Made by a program: the position numbers and the translations under genes. A stretch of 32,879 nucleotides of DNA from NCBI RefSeq assembly GCF_001194135.2, contig NC_069004.1, forward strand, positions 97,375 through 130,253, read 5' to 3'. Below the pieces are notes generated by a model that did no database searches, had not been told where the DNA came from, and saw nothing but the letters and a program-made list of their open reading frames with translations. This stretch comes from Octopus bimaculoides (lineage: Eukaryota). Numbering within the stretch: position 1 is the first letter of the stretch; every line of letters begins with the position of its first letter. Of this stretch, positions 12,046-22,136 are shown in pieces.

Positions 12046-14149
12046 GAACTGCACGCAGGAATGCTCTCTGCTAAAAACTTGTCTGTGATAAGAGACCAAA
12101 TCTGTTAATCGTAGTCAGAAAACCTACGAAATTAAGATTTCCCTTATTACTTCCCAGATCATACGAGAGACACACCACTTTTGGACTGACCCCAACAATG
12201 GACCTCAAACTAAAAAGAGACAAGCAAACAAAATAAATAACAAAAATCAAAAACAAAAGTTTCTTTCAGAAAAAAAAAATTTAATAAATTAAAAAAATTA
12301 AAAACAACAACAGAATAAATTAGTAAAGAAAGAGAAAGTACCATCAATAAGTTAAAACTAGCTTGAAAAGAAACAAAAAACTTTTAAAAAGACATTTCTT
12401 AATAAAAAAAAAAGAATNNNNNNNNNNNNNNNNNNNNNNNNNNNNNNNNNNNNNNNNNNNNNNNNNNNNNNNNNNNNNNNNNNNNNNNNNNNNNNNNNNN
12501 NNNNNNNNNNNNNNNNNNNNNNNNNNNNNNNNNNNNNAAAAAAAAAAAACGAAATTAAGGTGAAAATAAAATAAATTCAACAATAAAAAGTTCAGATATG
12601 GAAAAATTTTCTGTAAAATATGAAACTTTCAGCATTGATGGAAGATTTCCTGAAATCTTTTTACTTTTTGTTAATTTTTAATTTACATATTTCTTATTTA
12701 TTTAATTTTTTTTTTTTTAAACATTTGCTGTTGCTGTTATTTTAGCTGCTCACTCTTCACCACCACCACCCACATACACACATCCAGATCAGCCCTGAGA
12801 TTAAGTAAATCCTATAATCAAACAAGTTCCATCCATGATCTTCCCACCTTCCATTCTGACACAGCATACTTAGTCCTACCTTAGCCAATGCAACTTTAAA
12901 CACGATAATCTCTAATATGATGATTTGGCTACTATTTCTAGCAAGCTGAGGTTCCCTCACTTGGTTTCTCATTAACTATCCTACCTACTTACGTCTCGTC
13001 CTCCAGATGCTGGAACTGAACACTTGAATTTCAGTTTCCAAGCTTATACCTGACAAGGCTAAAAACCTTTAACACTTTTGAAACCCATCCGAGGCCACCC
13101 TTGGTGCGATGGCACAAACTTCCTGCTTTAAAGTCTCTTAAAACCTTCCATCAAAACTGCATGTCAACAGTTGAAGCTAGGAAAGTTACAAAGTATCGAT
13201 GACAATTCAAAACCAACAAGAGCCGGGAGAGGAAGGTGGCCTTCTGCCAGGGAAACCTGCTTGCGGATGAGAGAATGCCATGAAAAATGAGGAAGAGGTT
13301 GAGAGAGCCCGGAGTGTAGGGATCCAACTGAATTTGTTGGAGAAGAGAGAGAGAGACTGAATGGTCATGACTGGAACGCCTTTGATAACAACAGGAGCCT
13401 TCTAGATCAAAGCTGTATTGAAACCACAATGAGCTGATCCAACAACTAAACACATCTTCCTGATCCAACTGATTCTACAATATAAAACCTGAATCCCTTT
13501 TGTTAAAATCCAATCCCAATATCTGGAGAGGAACGAGAGTGGGGTTGCAAAAGAAGGTTGCAGTGGTGTTTAACCCAGGTCAACCTTATCCATGACCATG
13601 CTGTCTTTTTGCTTTGGGTTGTCAGATAAATTCGTTAGTTCTTTAGTAGTTTCCCTTTCCATTTCTTTTAAAATCCTTTCCAATTTTATTTGAATTAGCA
13701 TCAAACATTTTTATTGTAGTGTTTTAAGGCTGTTTTTGTTTTTTGTTTGTATTTTGTTTTTTGTAGCTCAATTCTTCCTTCACAACTTTTGTACATCTTT
13801 GTTGAGATCTGAAGAATTTTTACCTCTTTTCAGAAAAAAAGAATGTTGGAACGCCACGGAGAAAAACACAAAAACAAAAAACGAAAGAATGAATTTATTT
13901 GACAACCCAATTATGCCACAGACTACATAATCTAATATGCCTTTCTTTTCTTTTCTTTGAAGAAGGCAGTGTGTGAGCATAAGATTTGACTGCTATTTCT
14001 AGTAAGTCAAACAGTGACCACATTGAGGCTCTCATGCTGGTCACCAAACTCCTTTGATTCAAATATTTCATAATTAGTTCTGCTAATGAGAGAGGAAAAG
14101 CAAATTAGCAGTCATGAGATTAACCCCTATTTGCAGCAAGGAAAGAGAT

Positions 14150-14508
14150 AATGTCATAGCAACAAGGATTCAGAAATAAACTCCTAATGATAACAGCAAC
14201 AGTAAAATGGGAAGAGTACTCATGGCAACAGAGACTACAAGGAAGCACTGCCATAAGTAGTAATAGTAACAGCAATGAAGAAGTTGTCATAGCAACAGTG
14301 ACGGTTTGTCACCCTAGCAACAATGATGGTGATGTTGTCATGACAACAGCATTGATGGGATTGCTGTGACAACAGAGAGAATGACAGCAAAAGTGATAAG
14401 TCACTATTAATGTTAGTGTTGGCATGACAACAGAAGTGATGGCAGTCGTTATAGTAACAGAGGTAGTAACATGGCCATGACAACAAGTGGTAGAATAACT
14501 ATGGCAAC
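14150..14508. repeat. Degenerate ~26-bp-period array of palindromic 14-mers (consensus near GTTGTCATRRCAAC, RFX X-box-like)
   Basis: 14-mers start at 14150, 14216, 14257, 14283, 14308, 14334, 14360, 14418, 14445, 14471, 14495. Five match RTHNYYWTRRNRAC exactly and six with one mismatch; 14334-14347 GTTGTCATGACAAC is a perfect palindrome. Confidence 0.75.
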
Positions 14509-15020
14509 AAAGAGAGAGGTAATGATGATGATGTTATTGTTGTTATTGATAAAGTGTTAGTATACATAAGAGCAGAGATGATGGAATGGATAATGAGAGA
14601 GAGAGAGAGGGAGAGAGAGAGGGAGAGAGGGAGAGAGAGAGAGAGAGAGAGAGAGATGAAACTGTTGTTAGGGTTACCGTATTTTCTGGCAGACAAGTCA
14701 GCGCCGTACATATTGTGTAGAAATGAAGCGTAACCATTCAATCCTCTTCACAATCTTTCCAAATCCTGCTGCAAGATTTCACATGGAATTTTTGGTCCTC
14801 CAGAGTCATCTTAATGTATAAATTGACCTGCCTTTTTCCTGGTTGTAAATTTTGGTCAGAAAACTTCGATTTGTTTGCCAGAAAATACAGCATCCATTGA
14901 CAATAATATTGTCAGAACAGAATCAATGAAATAACAACTGAAGCAGAAATTAAAAAAAAAAAAAAAAGAGTTATGTGTAAGAGTTTTCAGAAACTCTCAG
15001 AATATTCTGGTGAGGATTCT

Positions 15021-15278
15021 TCAGTCAGGCAATTTGTTGTAAAGCAAGAAGTCTGTGAGATTGTGCCACTGGGTGCAGTCTTCATAAAGGTAAGTCATGG
15101 AGGAACGCAGTGACGGCTGCAAGAAGTCACGCTCATATTCAAACAGCAACAAGGCGACACCCCAAACAAGGGAGAAAAAGAGGGGAAACGGTTTCTGAAA
15201 CGGCTGCGGGATGTATTGTTTCTTCACAGCAATCTGGGCCAGGGCATAGGTGATTCTTGACAGCAAGTAGAGGTTTAT
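15021..15278 (-). CDS. PXMP4: PXMP4 coding exon 4 (258 nt, INLYLLSR...YNKLPD stop)
   Basis: Acceptor ctctctctcttttccag, phase 0, TGA stop at 15023-15021. Contains LQPSLRSSMTYLYED. Confidence 0.97.
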   Translation of the reverse strand: MNLYLLSRITYALAQIAVKKQYIPQPFQKPFPLFFSLVWGVALLLFEYERDFLQPSLRSSMTYLYEDCTQWHNLTDFLLYNKLPD

Positions 15279-15769
15279 CTGGAAAAGAGAGAGAGAAAAC
15301 TTGAAAGGTGAGAGACAGACAGGCAATACCTTTTTGAAGGTGAACAAGCGATTAAATTCTCAAAATCATCATCATCATAATCACAATCATCACCACCATC
15401 ATTTCTGCTTGTACATGTGTGTGTGTGTGTATCGCTATGAGTGTGTGCATGTGGCTGTCTGTATTTTGAGTGTATGTGTGCGTTTGTGTGTGTGTGTGTG
15501 CGCATGCCATTGCATGTGTGTGAGTGTGTTGTGTATATGATTTCTGATGCAGTTGTTATTTACTGTTGTTTAACCTCAGATCAGCTTTGTGATCAAAAAT
15601 GACCCACAATCAAAAGTACTTCCATCCATGGCCATCTCAGCTTTTATTCAGACATAGTGTCTCTAGGACCACATTATCCATCCATCCATCTCCTCTGTCC
15701 ACTATTCTTGGAAGTGTTGTTGGGGTAGAGCCATCCTCAAGCCGCTTCTCCATTGGCCCCTATCAGAAG

Positions 15770-15950
15770 CATCCAAGATTACGCTTTCCTGCAGGATCCC
15801 CAAGCATGACCAACTGAGTCTATGGATATCATCCAACCATCTTGTGCTTGCTCCACCCCCAAGTCTCCTGCTGGTTGGATCAGCTTGAAGAATCCATCCT
15901 GCAACATATCACTCTAGTCCCAGACCTGTGACTTGTTAATGTGGAAAAGT
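15770..15950 (-). mobile_element. Possible RTE-clade LINE 3' fragment in PXMP4 intron 3
   Basis: Minus strand reads GGGASTRWLDDIHR, similar to RTE RGRPRTRWLDDI. Short match only. Confidence 0.4.
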
Positions 15951-15967
15951 AACAGCTTGGCCTACAG

Positions 15968-16204
15968 CACTGTTTCTCAACCCTTTTTTACCTATGGACC
16001 TCTTTTGATTCCTATTTTACTCAGGTGGACCCTCACGACCATTCCATGTTTTAAAAAAAAAATCCCATTTTATTAGTTGTATAAAAGATTATCAAAATAT
16101 TTTGTGTCTTGTGGAAGTAAAAACAATTTATTGCAGCCAAATTTTAACAACAAAATCTTATATGGAACCCTGAGGGTCACAGGGACACTGGTTGAGAACC
16201 ACTG
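15968..16204. mobile_element. hAT (Charlie/MER-like) MITE in PXMP4 intron 3
   Basis: TIRs cactgtttctcaacc ... ggttgagaaccactg (CAGTGGTTCTCAACC type). Degenerate 8-bp TSD gcctacag / gcctagaa (6/8). Confidence 0.8.
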
Positions 16205-16405
16205 GCCTAGAAAGACTCCCCGTTCTCTGAGCTGTGCATCCATCCTATCAAGTAACGTTATTCCAGAGGAACCCCTATTTTGGCTGCTTGTGTCTGTAAT
16301 TGTACTCTTTCGGTAATTATCCAACATTCATGACTCAACCACTTTACAGAGTGTACTTGGTGCTTTTCACATGCTACCAACAAAATATACAGAGAACCAG
16401 CTTAC

Positions 16406-16604
16406 TTGTTCATTGACCTTGTTGTATCTGCCGAACACACAATACCCTGCTATTACACTGGCGCAAAAAATATGAGAAGGTTTCTTCTTTTTGCCAAACC
16501 ATTCAAAAATTTGCAGAATGACTTTGTGGATGACATTGAAGAGGGCTAAGCTTTTTGCATGGGTGTATGTTGCTTCCAGGATTCCACGGAACTTTTCAGT
16601 AAGT
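16406..16604 (-). CDS. PXMP4: PXMP4 coding exon 3 (199 nt, LTEKFRGILEATYTHAKSLALF...FGRYNKVNEQ)
   Basis: Acceptor cttttgtacag, donor caa|gtaagc. Lies inside track ORF 16367..16621. Confidence 0.96.
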
Positions 16605-17600
16605 CTGTACAAAAGAAGCACATAAGTAATGAAATGAGTAACATAAAAATCATCATCATCATCATTATCATCTTAACATCCACTTGCAAAAAAACAAAAA
16701 GGAAGGGTTTGAGCATTCTTCACATTTACCAAATTCACAATTCTAACTGAAACCCAATGACAAATCTCTGAATCAACTAATGAAAACCTGAAATCCCCAA
16801 ATCATACCAATCCCACGCCAACCCTCAAAACAACACCCACACCCACACAAATCAAGTTTCTGTTTGTCTGTCTGTCTGTCTGTCCCCGTGTGAAGATGTT
16901 GAAAAACAAGACAAATGAAAATAAAAAACACAAGACACTTCATCAAATCTCAGACAAACTGCCGCATGAAACTGCCATTATTGCACAGAAGGTAGATGGC
17001 GCTGTCCTATTTTTGCAAGAACTTAAAAAAAAACCCAAAAAAACAGTGAAATCAAAGCTGTTCCCAGAATAAAGCCCCAGATGTTGCTCATGTTTTGACA
17101 ATGGCGTTTTATTTGTTTTTTTTTTATAAATTTTTATTTTTACTTGTATTTTTATTTTCTCTCCTCACCCCCTCCTTACCCAAAAATGAAAAACTCAAAC
17201 ATTTCCAATGCTAAGAAACTAAATGACTATTTACATCTTTGCTCTGTTTCGAATGACTAACATGATTCATGATTTTGGAAGATTGGAGCAGAAAATTTCA
17301 ACTTGGGCTGTTTTTTTTTCACATTTTTTGAGGTGAGAGGGGAGAAAGGGATTTTTTTTTTTTAACGTGTTGCACATTTGACAGTAAACTTTAACAAAAA
17401 CATTGGAAGAAAAGAAAAAAGAAAGAAAATTTTACATTGTCTTCTGTGACAATTGAGAAAAGTAGAGGCTGTCACAATACTACAATAAAAGAACCAAAAA
17501 TTCACACAGAAACAGCAGGCAAACCTCCCTCAAATTCCACTCACAGGGAAGTGCAAGTATATATTTTGGATAATGTAGTCCTAGATACACAAAATGGAAA

Positions 17601-18020
17601 TAATACATTTCTAAATCTCTCAGAGAGATTTATGCAGTTGTGATACGATAAAGTAGTTGTCAACTTAATAATATGATAGTTCCATGAAGAGAATAATACT
17701 ACTGTTATTTAGCCTTAGGAAGCAGCACTGCTTCCTATCAGCCTTGACACATTTCCTGTGTCCTTATGTTTACAAGCCATGCTACTCCAGACTGAAGACA
17801 AACAATGAACTAGTCTATGGATGCAGGCTTAGCTTGGTGGAAGTGCTTATCTCCCCCCTTGTAAACATAAGGACACAGGAAATGTGTCAAGGCTGATAGG
17901 AAGCAGTGCTGCTTCCTAGGGCTAAATAGCAGTAGTATTATTCCCTTCATGGGACAGCATACAACTACTTTATCATATCACTACTGCATAAATTTCTCTG
18001 AGAGATTTAGAAATGTATTA
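17601..18020. mobile_element. Foldback / MITE-like element with long terminal inverted repeats (PXMP4 intron 2)
   Basis: Left arm 17601-17776 and right arm 17858-18020 are reverse complements (57/60 and 92/95 identity in two blocks separated by an indel), with an 81-bp spacer. Both ends are TA, compatible with a Tc1/mariner-type TA TSD. Confidence 0.8.
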
Positions 18021-18109
18021 TATGGTGTAGCCATCTGGTTTCACCAGTCCTCAGTCAAATCGTCCAATCCATGCTAGCATGGAAAGCGGACGTTAAACGA
18101 CGACGATGA

Positions 18110-18147
<38 letters not shown>

Positions 18148-18255
18148 TCTGACTGCAAATTCCNNNNNNNNNNNNNNNNNNNNNNNNNNNNNNNNNNNNN
18201 NNNNNNNNNNNNNNNNNNNNNNNNNNNNNNNNNNNNNNNNNNNNNNNNNNNNNNC

Positions 18256-18443
18256 GTGCGGGTGACACGTAAAAGCACCCACTACACTCTCTGAGTGGTT
18301 GGCGTTAGGAAGGGCATCCAGCTGTAGAAACTCTGCCAAATTAGATTGGAGCCTGGTGTTGCCATCCGGTTTCACCAGTCCTCAGTCAAATCGTCCTACC
18401 CATGCTAGCATGGAAGGCGGACGTTAAACGATGATGATGATGA

Positions 18444-18447
<4 letters not shown>
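18256..18447 (+). mobile_element. 3' tail of an RTE-associated SINE/LINE (family 4); related pieces at 16330-16375, 18025-18112, 23790-23915 and 30770-30835
   Basis: ggcgttaggaagggcatccagctgtagaaa...ccatgctagcatggaaggcggacgttaaacgatgatg; GAAGGGCATCC is an RTE-type 3' UTR motif and (GAT)n forms the tail. Confidence 0.65.
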
Positions 18448-18479
<32 letters not shown>

Positions 18480-18481
<2 letters not shown>

Positions 18482-18603
18482 TCTGACTGCAAATTCCCTC
18501 ACAAGACATTAGTTGGCCCATGGCTAGAATCGAAGACACTTTCTTAAGGTGCCACACAATGGGACGGAACCTAAAACTACAATAAGCTTCTTAACCAGAC
18601 AGC
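18480..18603 (-). mobile_element. SINE family 1 head fragment (PXMP4 intron 2)
   Basis: aaattccctcacaag...gaagacactt...aaggtgccacacaatgggac...aagcttcttaacc. Confidence 0.7.
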
Positions 18604-18808
18604 TAAATCCACTTATAATTTGTGTACAAATGAGGCTTCACCTGAAGATTTGAATTAATACTTTAATAGAGGTTGTCTCAGGTGTGTCAATATTGGAATG
18701 GTTAATAAAGGTGGGCTAAGGTGAGTTTGTGTTAATTTTAATTACAAGCAATAACAGGTGGGTTAGTGGTGGTTAAGGTTCGAAAATATAGAATGAATCC
18801 AAACTTAC

Positions 18809-18871
18809 GTGCCAGACTTAAAGAGAAATGTCATTACCAGACTGTGTGGGAAACGAACCTTGCAACCATAT
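18809..18871 (-). CDS. PXMP4: PXMP4 coding exon 2 (63 nt, YGCKVRFPHSLVMTFLFKSG + AC)
   Basis: Acceptor ctgttttag, donor ac|gtaagt. Symmetric phase 2-2. Peptide matches the conserved YGxKxRxPHxLVMTFLF motif. Confidence 0.96.
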
Positions 18872-18880
18872 CTAAAACAG

Positions 18881-18882
<2 letters not shown>

Positions 18883-18925
<43 letters not shown>

Positions 18926-18935
18926 CAACAACAAC
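18883..18935. repeat. (AAT)n-(AAC)n microsatellite abutting the PXMP4 exon 2 acceptor
   Basis: Direct reading; on the transcript strand it ends about 10 nt before the AG. Confidence 0.95.
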
Positions 18936-18974
18936 ACAAATTGCTAACAAGTGGACAAGGCACGAAATTAAGTG

Positions 18975-19061
18975 GGGTAAGATTAGTCAATCAACAAGAG
19001 TAACCGTTTGTGAGTGAATTTGGTAGAAGGAAATCGTTCTGAAACCTGTCAAGTGGACACG

Positions 19062-19098
<37 letters not shown>

Positions 19099-19100
19099 TG
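18975..19100 (+). mobile_element. SINE family 1 body fragment (PXMP4 intron 1)
   Basis: ttgtgagtgaatttggtagaaggaaa followed by (GT)n. Confidence 0.55.
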
Positions 19101-19181
19101 TGTGTGTGCGTGCGTGCATTTTTGTGTGTAAGTTTGTAGGTGTATATTTTTCTTACATTTCTTTTATTTATATATTTTTTT

Positions 19182-19360
19182 CTCGCTTCAGCCGCTGAAT
19201 TGCAGCCATGCTGGGGTACGAAGGGTGTGGTCGCATAAATCCACCCCAGTATTTATTAAGTTTAATACCTATTTTTTCGATTTCTTTTGGCGAACTGCTA
19301 AGTTATGTGGACGAAAACAATCAACACACCAAGCGATGGTGGGAGACAAACACACACACA
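19182..19360 (-). mobile_element. SINE family 1 3'-domain fragment (PXMP4 intron 1)
   Basis: gcagccatgctgggg...ttttggcgaactgctaagttatg...aagcgatggtgggagacaaacacac. Confidence 0.7.
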
Positions 19361-20594
19361 CAAGTTTTTGAACGATATCCGTCGGTCAAGGAGAAACCAT
19401 TTTCCATCACAGAATTCTTCGAACATGATGCAAAGCAACAACATCATAGTGACCGCTTCTTATGGTGTCGGGTAACAGGATGTGACAATGTTCATGCCTT
19501 TCCCATTCACATTAATAAAATAACCTTGATTATAGAAATGGCATGGGAAGAGTTACGTCCCTTGAAAATATTCAACTGTGCACGAACGAAAAAATGTTCG
19601 ACTTGCTTTCTCTTTCTTCACAGCAATTGACTCCATTACTTTTGTAATTACTGTTTGCTGATTTGGAACAACACAGGAGCCCTTTGATTGGATTGCTTTA
19701 TTGCAATGTAATGTTTGATGTTTGCGGGTGTTTAAGCAAAGTAAAGTACATGAAACCATTGATAATTATGAAAGCCATAATATCATCTAAGTAGGTTACA
19801 TACAACATGTGACCTCCTTCTAGCTGTCTCTCATGAAAAGAAAAGATTTCCATGAAAATCCGATTTCTTATTTCCAATACATTCATTTCTGTATCTTAAT
19901 GCTACATCACATTCCTGGCACTCATACAGGGAATGCTACTACTCTAGATACATTTCAGAAAGCCATCAATGGGGAGAGACTCTAAGTGGGCATTTCATAT
20001 GCAAGAAATGATGGCCAAATCTCCCTCACATTACACCCAACTTCAAACAATATATTTTATATCTGATCCCCATGGATTTTTATAAATGACATGATTGAAA
20101 CTTACACCTGATGGGCTCATGCACTTTTTTCCTCTTTCTTTTATTCTTAACTTGTGCCTTAAAAAGTGAACCCTTTCCCAACAAATTGCAGAGCACCTGA
20201 GAAGTGCATTCAATAAACTCATTATTATTAGAACTTGTTGTTCCTTTAGAGTCAAAACCATAATTTCTTCAAGTATTCTAGTATTCAATTCTATTAACAG
20301 TTTCAGCCAAGGAGCTCACAGCATTACAAATTATGATTCTATAAAAAATATAACATTTTCAGATTTATGATTTATACATCTGAGAAAAAAAAGTAAGGAA
20401 TATCTCCCCCTCCCCATCACGAATCCTTAAAACAGACACAAAGAAGTTACGGTTTTAGGCACAATAAATAATTTTCAACTCTACTGTACCAGAAAGCCCA
20501 TAATTTTGTAATATATGAGTATAAATTAATAACATGAACATTTGTGAATATATTTATGGATGGATTTTTGTAGGTGTGTGTGTATGTGTGTCAC

Positions 20595-20765
20595 TGTGTT
20601 CTTGTCAGTCCTCACACACACACAACCAGTATTGGTCCTCATAATTTAGTGATAGAAATAAGTACCAGACTTTCAAATAAGTACTGGGGTCAATTCCTCC
20701 AACTAAACCCTTTAAGGCAGTGTCCATGCATGGCCACAGTCCAATGACTGAAACAAGTAAAAAAA
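20595..20765 (+). mobile_element. SINE family 1 3'-domain fragment (PXMP4 intron 1)
   Basis: ataagtaccag...aagtactggggtcaatt...gcatggccacagtccaatgactgaaacaagtaaa. Confidence 0.75.
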
Positions 20766-21279
20766 ACAACTTTTTATACAAAGTGAACCTGGGAAAAGCA
20801 CAAAGTAAAAAAGACTGCTTTGACAATTACCAGAGAATTTCCAGAAGCCTATGATGGAGGAGGTGCTTCAGGACTTCACCCCAACAACACTTCCCAACAT
20901 GGTGGGAAGAGAAGTTGGATGGATGGATAACTCATGAAGCCCCCATCTGACTACTCATCCCACTAGAAATTATCATCAACCTCTTTAAAATCACACCCTA
21001 ATGAAAAACAATAATAGCACAAAAAAAAAAAAACAATTCTTAAACACCTCAAAAACATCCCCTATGACAGACAAGCCGACCACAGCAGAACATTTGAAAA
21101 ACAGATGGAGGCCGCCAATAAACTGATATCAATCGAGTTGACAAAGTGAAAATGGTACGATAAATACCAAGATCACAAAATATTTGTCTAAAATAAATTC
21201 ATTCATTTCTAGGATGTTTAATTAATTCCAAAGAGATCAGTTCATTCTTTGGTGGTTGAGTTCGATAAAATGAAGATGG

Positions 21280-21620
21280 CACACGCGTGACTCTATGGCT
21301 CCGGGTTGTCCGACTGGGAGGCACTTTGCACAAGTGCCTTCTACTACATCCCTGGGCTGACCAAAGCCTTGTGGGTGGATTTGGTTGATGGAAACTGAAA
21401 GAAGCCCACCGTATGTGTGTGTGTGTGTCCCACACCACTGCTTCACAAATGGTGTTGGTTTGTTTATGTCCCTGTAATTTAGCGGTTCGGCATAAGAGAC
21501 AGAATAAGTATCAGACCTTAAAAATTAGATACTAGGGTCAACTCGTTCGACAAAAAAACCCCTTCAAGGCGGTGTCCCAGTATGACTACCGTCCAATGAT
21601 TGAAACAAGATAAAAACGAT
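21280..21620 (+). mobile_element. tRNA-derived SINE, family 1 (PXMP4 intron 1)
   Basis: atggctccgggttg...caagtgccttctact...gaccaaagccttgtg...ggaaactgaaagaagccc...ccaatgattgaaacaag. Confidence 0.8.
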
Positions 21621-22136
21621 AAATGAAGAATCGATTTGTGTTGCTGTCAATTCATTCTTGATCTGAATTGAATTTATATGATCGAAGACAACGGCTAACG
21701 TTTGATTGGTATTTTATCGACCCTTGTTGTAGGCAAATCTATGCCCTAAGCCAGGCTAAAGCGTTTGACCCGAGCCAAAAAACAAAAGAAAAATAGTGTA
21801 AGAGATGTAAAACAATTTGCTCTGAACGAATATGAGAAAAAAAAATGCGCGCTCTCGAATGGGGTGATATGGGGGGAGAGGACATCGTCAAACGATGGCC
21901 TTACCTCGGAGGCTGAACCCCAAGTTAACCTTGGGTGGAATTGAACGTAAAGGCCTTAACTAAATACCAGAAGGTATTTTGCTCGACACTCCACCGATTC
22001 TGTCAAAACATCGATTATCGATCAAGCTGAGCCGGTGGAAGGTTTTTTTTTTTCTGAAATAAGTGTAAGAACTTTACGCAGTAAAAAAAACAGACATAAA
22101 AAGTGAAAATATATTATATAAAAGGATCTCACGTAC

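Noticed and set aside
13000-13500. Possible LINE or other coding remnant
   Set aside because: No diagnostic motif found by eye; cannot be supported without a homology search.
13685-13899. AATAAA hexamers on the minus strand (13685-13690, 13710-13715, 13894-13899) as the PXMP4 poly(A) signal
   Set aside because: Several equivalent candidates in very AT-rich sequence; cannot choose without 3'-end data.
14150-14508. CRISPR array interpretation of the repeat-spacer pattern
   Set aside because: Eukaryotic context, repeats only 14 bp and degenerate, spacers 10-13 bp, and no cas genes or leader.
16955-17012. Minus-strand peptide DSAIYLLCNNGSFMRQFV* in intron 2 as an alternative PXMP4 exon
   Set aside because: Wrong phase relative to exon 2 (phase 2), weak acceptor, and only a superficial likeness to FLFRNGSL.
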